Shown: piece by piece, positions 31,471 through 39,124 of the stretch | Layout of the letters: every line of letters starts with the position of its first letter | Position numbering within the stretch: the stretch's first letter is position 1 | IMG/VR virus record: IMGVR_UViG_3300045988_061699 | Coordinates: 1 to 41,784 of that record | From: a virus | Direction: 5' to 3' (one strand) | DNA: 41,784 nucleotides | Notes under the pieces: generated by a model | The model's input: the letters and a program-made list of their open reading frames with translations, nothing else | Told to the model about the DNA's origin: nothing | Database searches by the model: none | Program-made: the position numbers and the translations under genes

Positions 31471-32151
31471 ATGAAAAAAGCAGATAACGCAATCATGAAG
31501 GTGCGCCTCACCATGCTGGACGAGGTGCTTGGGAGCCAGCCGAGTAGCCCCGACATCCACGAGGACTATATCGCCAGCAAGGCCCCGACCGATGGCCTTA
31601 CCGCCGAAGAGGTGGACAACATCAAAGCGCAGAATGCGGAGGATAAGGTGACTGTATTTTACAAGCAGGCCAATGAGGCCCCCGCGATGTACGACTACCA
31701 GCTCAAGGGCCTTTTTAAAGACAGCTGCAAAATGCTGGCGAAGGCGGGCAAAGCAGGATACCCGGGCGGCAAGGCTTGCGCCGCGCTCAAGGCGTATAAG
31801 CAGGCTATCGACGGATTGCTCTTTGTGGAGCCGCGCGAGCTGCCTTTTGATTTGCACGGCCTGAAAATGGATTTTTGTGTTCGCCCTCTGCGGGCGTCCA
31901 CCCCGATGGGCGAGCGCGTGAGCATCGCGAAAAGCGAAACCGTCCCGGCGGGCAGCACGATTGAGTTTGACATTCGGCTGCTTGACCCGAAGCTGGCGGA
32001 TATGGTGATGGAGTGCCTTGACTACGGCAAGTATCGCGGGCTTGGCCAGTGGCGCAACAGCGGCAAGGGCCGGTTTGTCTGGGACTTGCTGGACGATGAC
32101 GGCAACGTGGTCGGCGGCAACAACGAGTTTGAGGGGGGAGAGGATGATTGA
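31471..32151 (+). CDS. hypothetical protein (226 aa) with C-terminal Gly-rich loop GLGQWRNSGKGRF
   Basis: ATG 31471 (RBS TGGAGGA). MKKADNAIMKVRLTMLDEVLGSQP... No family recognised. Acidic tail. Confidence 0.65.
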   Translation: MKKADNAIMKVRLTMLDEVLGSQPSSPDIHEDYIASKAPTDGLTAEEVDNIKAQNAEDKVTVFYKQANEAPAMYDYQLKGLFKDSCKMLAKAGKAGYPGGKACAALKAYKQAIDGLLFVEPRELPFDLHGLKMDFCVRPLRASTPMGERVSIAKSETVPAGSTIEFDIRLLDPKLADMVMECLDYGKYRGLGQWRNSGKGRFVWDLLDDDGNVVGGNNEFEGGEDD

Positions 32152-32302
32152 TGCAGCTTTGAGTGTGCTGCCCTGGCTGGGGCTGGGCGCTCTAATCTGG
32201 TACGTGGCCGCTTGCGTGGCGGCCGATGAAAAGCCGCATATCGCCCCGGCGGCCGTGCTCATGCTGGGCACCTGGATGCTGGCGATGTGGACGGAGGTGT
32301 GA
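32144..32302 (+). CDS. small membrane protein (52 aa)
   Basis: ATG 32144 (RBS GGGGGGAGAGG). Two hydrophobic segments. Overlaps the upstream stop. Confidence 0.45.
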   Translation: MIDAALSVLPWLGLGALIWYVAACVAADEKPHIAPAAVLMLGTWMLAMWTEV

Positions 32303-32304
32303 CC

Positions 32305-32520
32305 ATGCAACCCGTGAAAATCGAACTGTACATGGACGAAAACTCCGATATGCGGATGAGCGCAACCGGAACGTACCACGACGTTGTGTGCGTCCTTGCG
32401 ACAGCGCTGGGGTATGCAGTCCGTGAAACTGCAACGGACAAGGAGAAAGCACTGCGGAATGTTTGCGCGCGGCTGCGCGAAGTGGTGAGAGACCCATTAT
32501 CGGAGGAGAAAAATGACTGA
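32305..32520 (+). CDS. hypothetical protein (71 aa)
   Basis: ATG 32305 (RBS GGAGGTG). MQPVKIELYMDENSDMRMSATGTYHD... Confidence 0.55.
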   Translation: MQPVKIELYMDENSDMRMSATGTYHDVVCVLATALGYAVRETATDKEKALRNVCARLREVVRDPLSEEKND

Positions 32521-32812
32521 ATATTACATCGTAAGCAAAAAGGCCGCCCCGGCTGCAACCCGGGACGACCTCGAGAGTGCCAAACCTGCACGGCGTGGCA
32601 CTATGGACATTGTAACCCACCGCCTGCTCTGCGTCAACTGGGGCGGCATTTTCGGCGGTCTGCTGGGCGCTCTGGCGGCTGCGGCCGTGTGGGTGCCGGT
32701 GGCTTACGCACAGCGGGGCTACTGGGCAATTGGCGGAGAGATTTTCCTCATCGGCCTAGCGGCGAGCCTAGGCGCATGGATGGGAGGCGGAACCAACGGA
32801 AGTATTGATTGA
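32513..32812 (+). CDS. membrane protein (99 aa)
   Basis: RBS GGAGGAG. Two Gly/Ala-rich TM segments. Confidence 0.55.
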   Translation: MTEYYIVSKKAAPAATRDDLESAKPARRGTMDIVTHRLLCVNWGGIFGGLLGALAAAAVWVPVAYAQRGYWAIGGEIFLIGLAASLGAWMGGGTNGSID

Positions 32813-33107
32813 CCAGGACACGGTTGACTGGATGCGGTGCCTCTATCATGAGGCCCGGAGCAAGACCAAGTGCATCCCCATTTTGGCGCAATGCACTTGC
32901 CTGACCCATTCACAGGTTCGCGCAGTGCTGGGGCTGCCGCAACCCGTGTACAAAAAGGCATCGACGAAAAAGGAGCGAGCAATCGACCTTTTGAATCAAG
33001 GCTATTCGCAAGTCGAGGTCGCTGCAGAAGTTGGGGTTATCCCCGAAACGGTGGGCAACTGGATGCGGCAGGCAATGGAAGAAGGGCGGTTGAATTATGA
33101 AGTGTGA
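32805..33107 (+). CDS. HTH protein
   Basis: TTG 32805 or ATG 32832. C-terminal ...LLNQGYSQVEVAAEVGVIPETVGNWMRQ is HTH-like. Confidence 0.5.
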   Translation: MIDQDTVDWMRCLYHEARSKTKCIPILAQCTCLTHSQVRAVLGLPQPVYKKASTKKERAIDLLNQGYSQVEVAAEVGVIPETVGNWMRQAMEEGRLNYEV

Positions 33108-33270
33108 CATGGATTGTGCGCACTGCAAGCGGCCCGCAAAGAAATGCCATGGTGGCAATTTTAGCACCCCGTACACCTGCCGGGACTGTGTGCCGACCAA
33201 AAAGCCCCACGAGGGGCCGTCTATCGAGTATCTGCCCGCGCTGAATCGGTGCGGCAAAAAATGCAAATAA
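33097..33270 (+). CDS. small Cys-rich (zinc-ribbon-like) protein, 57 aa
   Basis: ATG 33097. MKCDMDCAHCKRPAKKCHGGNFSTPYTCRDCVPTKKPHEG...RCGKKCK has 8 Cys. Not in the ORF track (<60 aa). Confidence 0.45.
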   Translation: MKCDMDCAHCKRPAKKCHGGNFSTPYTCRDCVPTKKPHEGPSIEYLPALNRCGKKCK

Positions 33271-33286
33271 AGCAAGGGAGAAAAAG

Positions 33287-33577
33287 ATGAACGAATTTAC
33301 AAAGGCATTGGACGCGGTTGTGGCCGCTTACGACAAGAGCAACGACAAGCCCGCGTACAAGCGCCTTGTCGATATTGAGTACATTGGCACGCTGTACACC
33401 ACGCAGAACGGCACCTTGGAGCTTGGGGATCGCTACTTGGATGAGATTCTCACAAAGCTGATTAAGGACAAAGACCCATTCAAGCCTTTTGCTGGCCGCG
33501 TCCGCCTGATCGTGGAAGAAATCTCCATGAGCAGCGGTATCCCCAAAGAACCCGAAAAGGAGGACGAAGATAAATGA
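33287..33577 (+). CDS. hypothetical protein (96 aa)
   Basis: RBS AAGGGAGA. No family recognised. Confidence 0.55.
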   Translation: MNEFTKALDAVVAAYDKSNDKPAYKRLVDIEYIGTLYTTQNGTLELGDRYLDEILTKLIKDKDPFKPFAGRVRLIVEEISMSSGIPKEPEKEDEDK

Positions 33578-34038
33578 ATCTGTATGAAATCGACAAGGCC
33601 ATTCTGGCCTGCATCGACCTCGAGACCGGGGAGCTGATTGACGAAGATGCGCTGGCAGCTCTCCAGATGGAGCGTACCGAGAAAATCGAGAGCGTGGCGC
33701 TCTGGATTAAAAACCTGAACGCCGAAGCGGCAGCTTGCAAGGCCGAAAAAGCATCCTTTGCAGAGCGTGAGCAGAAGGCCGCGAAGAAGGTCGAAAGCCT
33801 TAAAAAGTGGCTCTCCGATGCGCTGGCGGGGCAGAAGTTTAGCAGCGACAAGTGCGCGGTGAGCTTCCGGCGCTCTGCGGCTGTGACCGTTTTTGACGAG
33901 GGGGCGCTCCCGGCGGAATACGTGGCCGAGAAGATCACCAAAAGCCCTGATAAGGCCGCAATCAAGGCCGCGATTAAATCTGGCATTGAGGTGCCTGGGG
34001 CGGCTCTGGTGGACAGCCTGAGCGTGAGCGTAAAGTAA
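33574..34038 (+). CDS. siphovirus Gp157-like protein
   Basis: 154 aa. MNLYEIDKAILACIDLETGELIDEDALAALQMERTEKIESVALWIKNL... matches the Gp157 family pattern. Lies upstream of the SSAP gene. Confidence 0.7.
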   Translation: MNLYEIDKAILACIDLETGELIDEDALAALQMERTEKIESVALWIKNLNAEAAACKAEKASFAEREQKAAKKVESLKKWLSDALAGQKFSSDKCAVSFRRSAAVTVFDEGALPAEYVAEKITKSPDKAAIKAAIKSGIEVPGAALVDSLSVSVK

Positions 34039-34050
34039 GGAGGTGTGTGC

Positions 34051-34593
34051 ATGGCAGACTGTAAATTCCGCGATCTCCGCGCGGATGAAATCGAGTGCCG
34101 GGTGCAGCAGGCCAAGCAAACGGGAGTGTCCCTGCTGCTGTATAAAAACGCCCGATGCGACCAAGCAATTTTGGACGAGACCGTCGGCGCGATGAACTGG
34201 CAGCGGCACCACTGCCGGGACAACGCGAATTGCATCGTGTCCATCTGGGACGAGGAGAAAAAGCAGTGGATTGAGAAGGAGGACACTGGTACCGAAAGCA
34301 ACACTGAGGCGCAAAAAGGCCTTGCATCGGACAGCTTCAAGCGGGCCTGTTTTAACTGGGGCATCGGGCGCGAGCTTTACACCGCCCCGTTTATCTGGAT
34401 TAAAGCAGCAGATTGTGCCGCGCTGAAGCAATTCGGCCAGGCATGGCGGTGCAGCGACGCCTTCGAGGTCGAAAAAATCGTGATTGAGAGCAAGCGCATT
34501 GTAGCACTTGCCATTAAAAATAGCCGCACGGGAAAGCGCTGCTTTGTGTGGCAGGACGCGAATTTTGCAAAAAGAAAGGCGGAAAAAGCATGA
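34051..34593 (+). CDS. Rad52/22-family single-strand annealing protein (Sak-like)
   Basis: ATG 34051 (RBS AAGGAGG). ...TEAQKGLASDSFKRACFNWGIGRELYTAP is the Rad52-type core. Confidence 0.75.
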   Translation: MADCKFRDLRADEIECRVQQAKQTGVSLLLYKNARCDQAILDETVGAMNWQRHHCRDNANCIVSIWDEEKKQWIEKEDTGTESNTEAQKGLASDSFKRACFNWGIGRELYTAPFIWIKAADCAALKQFGQAWRCSDAFEVEKIVIESKRIVALAIKNSRTGKRCFVWQDANFAKRKAEKA

Positions 34594-35021
34594 ACAAGGT
34601 TATTTTGATTGGACGACTGGCAGCAGACCCTGAGACCCGGCAGACGCAGGCGGGAGGGCTTGTGTCCCGTTATCGCTTGGCGGTTGACCGGCAGCGCAGC
34701 AAAGACGGCCAGCGCGAGGCCGATTTTATCAGCTGTGTGGCGTTCGGCAAGAGTGCCGAATTTGCCGACAAGTTCCTGCACAAGGGAATTAAAATCGCGG
34801 TGGAAGGTCATATTTTGACCGGCAGTTATGAAAAGGACGGGGTGAAGCACTACACCTTCGACATCATCGTGGACCGGCAGGAATTTTGCGAAAGCAAAGG
34901 CGCTGCGGCACCTGCACCGGATGCGCAGCGGCCTGCATATGCTGCACCGGTTGCACCGGCTGCACCGGCCGGAAACGACGATTACACCGTGATTGATGAC
35001 AACGAGGACCTGCCTTTTTGA
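34590..35021 (+). CDS. ssb: single-stranded DNA-binding protein
   Basis: ATG 34590 (ATGA overlap). MNKVILIGRLAADPETRQTQ... is an OB fold, and the acidic tail DDNEDLPF is present. Confidence 0.95.
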   Translation: MNKVILIGRLAADPETRQTQAGGLVSRYRLAVDRQRSKDGQREADFISCVAFGKSAEFADKFLHKGIKIAVEGHILTGSYEKDGVKHYTFDIIVDRQEFCESKGAAAPAPDAQRPAYAAPVAPAAPAGNDDYTVIDDNEDLPF

Positions 35022-35377
35022 TGGTGACAGTTACAATCCCGTTCCGGCTGCCCGGCGCAAATGAGTACATTGGCATGTGCCGCCGAAATCGGTACGCCGG
35101 GGCCAAAGTCAAGTCCGACTACACGCAGGCGGTGGCTCTCTACTTTCGGGGGCTGCCACCTGTAACCGGGCCGGTAAAAGTCCGCTTCACGTGGCACGAG
35201 CGGACGCGGCGAAGGGACAAAAACAACGTCGCCTTCGGCAAAAAATTTGTGCTTGATGGGATGCAAGCGGCGGGGTTCTTGCCAAACGATAATAACCGTT
35301 GGGTCGCTGGATTTGAAGACCGTTTCGTCTACGACGGGCGGGACGGAGTGACAGTGGAGGCGCTAGAAAATGAATGA
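35021..35377 (+). CDS. rusA: RusA-family Holliday junction resolvase
   Basis: ATG 35021 (TTG 35018 possible). ...RRDKNNVAFGKKFVLDGMQAAGFLPNDNNRWV matches the RusA pattern. Confidence 0.8.
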   Translation: MVTVTIPFRLPGANEYIGMCRRNRYAGAKVKSDYTQAVALYFRGLPPVTGPVKVRFTWHERTRRRDKNNVAFGKKFVLDGMQAAGFLPNDNNRWVAGFEDRFVYDGRDGVTVEALENE

Positions 35378-35729
35378 TAATATGTGCGAAAAGTGCAAAT
35401 ACAAATATGAATCTGCGTTCGACCCGCCTTGCATCTTTTGCAAGTACTCGTCCGTCTATGCTGATAGCCAACTCACCCCGGCAGATAGCCAATTCGCCCC
35501 GGCGGATTACGCTGCGGAGATTGACCACCCTGCCCACTATGCGGGCAAGTTTGAGTGCATCGAGGTGATGCTGGACACGATGGGGCCGGAGGATGTCAAA
35601 GGCTTTTGCCTCTGCAACGCTTTTAAGTACCTCTGGCGTTGTAAGAAAAAGCACGAGACACCCGAAGAGGACGTGAAGAAAGCGGTTTGGTACTTGCAAA
35701 AGTACCTCGAGCTGGGCGGAAAAGCATGA
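35370..35729 (+). CDS. DUF3310-family protein with N-terminal Cys cluster
   Basis: 119 aa. ...IDHPAHYAGKFECIEVMLDTMG...CLCNAFKYLWRCKKK is the DUF3310 signature. Tandem 21-bp repeat at 35462-35503 encodes ADSQLTP/ADSQFAP. Confidence 0.7.
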   Translation: MNDNMCEKCKYKYESAFDPPCIFCKYSSVYADSQLTPADSQFAPADYAAEIDHPAHYAGKFECIEVMLDTMGPEDVKGFCLCNAFKYLWRCKKKHETPEEDVKKAVWYLQKYLELGGKA

Positions 35730-35899
35730 AGCCGGGCTTTTGGGTGAGCTGGCGGCACCTTGGCAGCCTCAAGAAGGCCCGTTTTGATACCGCCGTAGAG
35801 AGAGCCGCCTTTGTGCAAACGTGGCTCAGAGACGGCAAACCGACGCTGTGGGAGACGAACTCACGCGGGCAAAGAATTATCAGGAGGACAACAAAATGA
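35726..35899 (+). CDS. hypothetical protein (57 aa)
   Basis: ATG 35726 with ATGA overlaps at both ends. Confidence 0.45.
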   Translation: MKPGFWVSWRHLGSLKKARFDTAVERAAFVQTWLRDGKPTLWETNSRGQRIIRRTTK

Positions 35900-36582
35900 A
35901 GGTACTTGTCGCATGTGAGGAATCGCAAACGGTGTGCAAAGCATTCCGGGAGCGCGGACACGAGGCTTACAGCTGCGACATTCAGAAGCCGTCAGGCGGC
36001 CACCCGGAGTGGCACATCCTAGGCGATGCGCTCAAACTGTTACGAGGGGGTGAGTTTGAGACGATGGACGGACAAAAGCACTTTGTGGGGGAGTGGGACT
36101 TGTTGATCGCACACCCGCCTTGCACGTATCTCAGCAATGCCGGAGCACGGCACCTCTATAAGGGGCACGAGCTGCAGGCGGAACGAGTGATGTTGGGGAT
36201 AACTGCCAGAGATTTCTTCATGGCGTTTTATAATGCCGATATAAAACGAATTGCGGTTGAAAACCCCATTCCAAGCAAAGTTTTCGCAATGCCGCCATAC
36301 ACTCAAATAATCCAGCCATGGCAGTTTGGCCATGAATACACAAAAAAGATTTGTTTGTGGCTTAAAAACCTGCCGGAGTTGCAGCCCTCAAACATTGTGA
36401 AGCCAGTTGCCACATGGTGCCCGAGCGGAAGTTACAGCCATAAACACGGAGAACAGCACAAAGGTATGTTTACCACAGATAGAGCGAAAAACCGTGCAAA
36501 GACCTTCCCCGGTATCGCCAAAGCTATGGCGGAGCAATGGGGAGCATTGGACAAGGAGGCACCCAATGGCGAAATACATTGA
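35896..36582 (+). CDS. C5-cytosine-methyltransferase-like protein lacking a canonical motif I
   Basis: ATG 35896 (RBS CAGGAGGA); 228 aa. Motif IV-like HPPCTYLSNAG, motif VI-like VENPIP, motif X-like TFPGIAKAMAEQW. The N-terminus is VLVACEESQTV instead of FxGxGG. Confidence 0.5.
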   Translation: MKVLVACEESQTVCKAFRERGHEAYSCDIQKPSGGHPEWHILGDALKLLRGGEFETMDGQKHFVGEWDLLIAHPPCTYLSNAGARHLYKGHELQAERVMLGITARDFFMAFYNADIKRIAVENPIPSKVFAMPPYTQIIQPWQFGHEYTKKICLWLKNLPELQPSNIVKPVATWCPSGSYSHKHGEQHKGMFTTDRAKNRAKTFPGIAKAMAEQWGALDKEAPNGEIH

Positions 36583-36907
36583 CCTGGAAGCACTTGTCAA
36601 TTGGTTGAAGAACATCCCGCTAAAAGACTTATCCGATGGACAGGGGCTGTGCCGGGTTATCATGGAGGATGACTTCAAATCGGCGATTAGTTTTCTGCCC
36701 GAAAGTGCGGTCGCGGACATGGTTCCGGTGGTGCGCTGCAAGGATTGCAGGTATAGCCGCCCGCGAATAGCAGCCGAGAAAGAGGTTTTACGCGAAAACG
36801 TGGTGATTTGCACAGCTATTAGCAGTGAATATTTTACCAAGTGGGAGGATGATTTTTGCAGCGAAGGTGTACGCAAGGAGGCCACCAATGGCGGCGATGC
36901 TGATTAA
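36566..36907 (+). CDS. hypothetical protein (113 aa)
   Basis: ATG 36566 (RBS AAGGAGG). ...VVRCKDCRYS... No family recognised. Confidence 0.55.
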   Translation: MAKYIDLEALVNWLKNIPLKDLSDGQGLCRVIMEDDFKSAISFLPESAVADMVPVVRCKDCRYSRPRIAAEKEVLRENVVICTAISSEYFTKWEDDFCSEGVRKEATNGGDAD

Positions 36908-37028
36908 AGCCCTGACGGCGCTTGTGGTGCTGATTGCGGTGCCAATTGCACTGCTTGAATTATGTATTATTGTTGTAGGCTTGTGGACGCTGTTCCACTG
37001 GCCGAAGGGAGGCTGGAACAATGATTAA
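36888..37028 (+). CDS. small membrane peptide (46 aa)
   Basis: ATG 36888 (RBS AAGGAGG). One long hydrophobic segment. Confidence 0.4.
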   Translation: MAAMLIKALTALVVLIAVPIALLELCIIVVGLWTLFHWPKGGWNND

Positions 37029-37746
37029 AATTGAAAACACCGAAGTGATGGGGTGGGAGCACGCCATTCGGGGCATGAGAAATCCGCTCAACAGCTGGGG
37101 CAAAATGGACAGCCACGCTTGCCCTTGCCATGATGGCCTGGACTGTGATTGTCCTATGGTAGAAGGCATCCAAGAACCGGCGATTGAATGCAAGGAAGCC
37201 CTCGAAAAATCTGCTTTTTGCGTGGGCGAGAACGACTATGATTTGATGATGCGCCTTGCCAAAGCTGGCCCGGAACACGCGAAATATCGGCGAATGATCG
37301 TGGTTTATGCGGACGTTACCGCCCCCTTGTACTGGTGGAAGGAGTACGATACTTTTAAGGTTGGCACGGTGGCGAACTCGTGCAGCACCATGCACAAGAT
37401 CACCGCGAAGCAGTTTGATTTGCAGGACTTTAGCCACGAGCATTTAACCATCGCCAGCTCTGTGGCCTTGCAAGGGGTGATTTACTACCTCAACTACTGG
37501 CTGGCGCAGTACAATCTCGCCGAATCGAAAGAAATCAAGAAAGAGTGCTGGTGGCAGATCATCCAGATGCTGCCCAACAGCTACAACCAGCGGCGCACGC
37601 TCATGCTCAACTACGAGGTGCTGGCGAACATCTACCGCCAGCGCAAAGGCCACAAACTTGACGAGTGGCGGGAGTTTTGCAAGTGGATTGAGCAGCTGCC
37701 TTACAGCGAGCTGATTACCGGGAAGGAGGCGGAAACGGATGAATGA
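37021..37746 (+). CDS. ThyX-like (flavin-dependent thymidylate synthase fold) protein, divergent
   Basis: 241 aa. ...WEHAIRGMRNPLNSW...APLYWWKEYDTFKVGTVANSCSTMHK... resembles phage ThyX-like proteins, but the RHR...SxR(Y) ThyX motif is not intact. Confidence 0.5.
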   Translation: MIKIENTEVMGWEHAIRGMRNPLNSWGKMDSHACPCHDGLDCDCPMVEGIQEPAIECKEALEKSAFCVGENDYDLMMRLAKAGPEHAKYRRMIVVYADVTAPLYWWKEYDTFKVGTVANSCSTMHKITAKQFDLQDFSHEHLTIASSVALQGVIYYLNYWLAQYNLAESKEIKKECWWQIIQMLPNSYNQRRTLMLNYEVLANIYRQRKGHKLDEWREFCKWIEQLPYSELITGKEAETDE

Positions 37747-38101
37747 GCCGATCATCAACCCGTGGGTTTTCTATCTGATCAGTTTGTGCGACAAGGTTTC
37801 TGTGGCGAGCACAGTGGTTGCCTTGTTTCTTGTAGCGCTGGCCGTGCTTCTGACAATCGGTATAGTCACTGATGGTGATCCGGACGACAAGAGCCTTCGC
37901 AAAATGGTGGTGATCCTGTATGCCGTCGCCGTCGTGTCTGCTCTGCTGGCCGTCTTTGTCCCCTCCGGCACTACGGTCACTGCAATGGTGGCGGCGAACA
38001 ACATCACGCCCGAAACGGTGGCAGCTGTGGGGCAGACGGTCACGGAGGCCGCCGAGGCGATCACTCAAGTTATCGTTCAAACGATAAAGGAGGTGCGATG
38101 A
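37739..38101 (+). CDS. membrane protein (120 aa)
   Basis: Three hydrophobic segments; RBS AAGGAGG. Confidence 0.55.
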   Translation: MNEPIINPWVFYLISLCDKVSVASTVVALFLVALAVLLTIGIVTDGDPDDKSLRKMVVILYAVAVVSALLAVFVPSGTTVTAMVAANNITPETVAAVGQTVTEAAEAITQVIVQTIKEVR

Positions 38102-38319
38102 TGGAGAAGTACATCACTTTTGCCCAGCTGGCGGACGCTCTGCGCCGCTGCGGGAAGGCCCGCACGGTGGACGACTGCAAGGGGTGCGCTTACTATCAGG
38201 GGCCAAACCCTGAGCTGTGCATCCCGAAAATGACGGAGCGGGCTGCGCAGGTCATTGAGCTTTTTGCGGCGGAACCGCGGGAAGGATGTGACGATATTGG
38301 CAAATATAAAATGGATTAA
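38098..38319 (+). CDS. hypothetical protein (73 aa)
   Basis: RBS AAAGGAGGTG; contains CKGCAYY. Confidence 0.5.
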   Translation: MMEKYITFAQLADALRRCGKARTVDDCKGCAYYQGPNPELCIPKMTERAAQVIELFAAEPREGCDDIGKYKMD

Positions 38320-39124
38320 GCTGAACGTAGATATGTTTGACAATCGCAAAATCAAGCATATCCGGAAGCTCCCGGCGGGGAACGAAGTTGTGCTCATTTG
38401 GGTTATGCTGCTGACGCTGGCAGGCCGATGCAACGCTGGAGGTATGATTTTTCTCACCGAAAACATACCGTACAACGCCAAAATGTTAGCGGACGAACTG
38501 GACTTTGAAGAGGCCACGGTAAAGCTGGCGTTAGATGCACTTGAAACGCTTGGGATGATTTGCACAAATGATGCAGGATTTATGCAAATCCCAGGCTGGG
38601 AAGCGCACCAGAACGTGGAAAGCATGGACAGAATCCGCGAAAGCAAGCGGCTTGCGCAAGCCCGCTGGCGAGCGAAAAAGGCTGCTGCTATCGAGAGCCG
38701 CGAAAATGTAGAATCTACAGTAGATACATCTACAGTAGAATCTACGAGAATCTCAGTAGACGATGCAGAAGAAGAAGAAGAAGAAGAGGAAGAAAGAAGA
38801 AATAATATATATACCCTCGTTGTGCAGCACTTAAATGAAAAAGCGGGCACAAAATACAGAGCAAGTGGCGCGAAAACGCAGAAAGTTATCCATGCAAGAG
38901 TAGCGGAAGGATTTACGTTGGATGACTTTATAGCGGTGATCGACAAAAAGACAGCTGAGTGGATGGGCACCGAGTGGGAAAAGTTTTTGCGGCCGGAAAC
39001 TCTGTTCGGGCCGAAGTTTGAAAACTACCTTAACCAGAACACAACGAAGAAGGGAGAACCGCAAAATGACGGAATGGAAGGAGCTGGCGCTGCCGACGCG
39101 TATCAAGTCGGGACGTGGCTTTGA
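38297..39124 (+). CDS. phage replisome organiser (N-terminal domain) with DnaD-like C-terminal domain
   Basis: Start set at TTG 38297 (MANIKWIKLNVDMFDNRKIKHIRKLP..., the classic replisome-organiser opening). Poly-Glu linker. C-terminus ...LNEKAGTKYRASGAKTQKVIHARVAEGFTLDDFIAVIDKK. Confidence 0.8.
   Translation: MANIKWIKLNVDMFDNRKIKHIRKLPAGNEVVLIWVMLLTLAGRCNAGGMIFLTENIPYNAKMLADELDFEEATVKLALDALETLGMICTNDAGFMQIPGWEAHQNVESMDRIRESKRLAQARWRAKKAAAIESRENVESTVDTSTVESTRISVDDAEEEEEEEEERRNNIYTLVVQHLNEKAGTKYRASGAKTQKVIHARVAEGFTLDDFIAVIDKKTAEWMGTEWEKFLRPETLFGPKFENYLNQNTTKKGEPQNDGMEGAGAADAYQVGTWL
38708..38810. repeat. ori-like element: GTAGA/TCTAC pentamer cluster, GAA tract and AT-rich block
   Basis: GTAGA at 38708, 38720, 38735 and 38756; TCTAC at 38714, 38729 and 38741. 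These form GTAGAATCTAC x2 and TCTACAGTAGA x2. A GAA-rich tract follows at 38767-38799, then AATAATATATATA. Confidence 0.5.

Noticed and set aside
30860-31492. 210-aa minus-strand ORF and the + strand ORF 30921-31193, as possible coding explanations for the GATG-repeat spacer. I also considered that frame 0 is interrupted only by two TGA codons, hinting at TGA recoding.
   Set aside because: The antisense ORF is S/P/R/L-rich and overlaps a real + strand gene. The + ORF is an out-of-frame run-on. TGA is used as an ordinary stop by many well-supported genes in this genome, so recoding is not credible.
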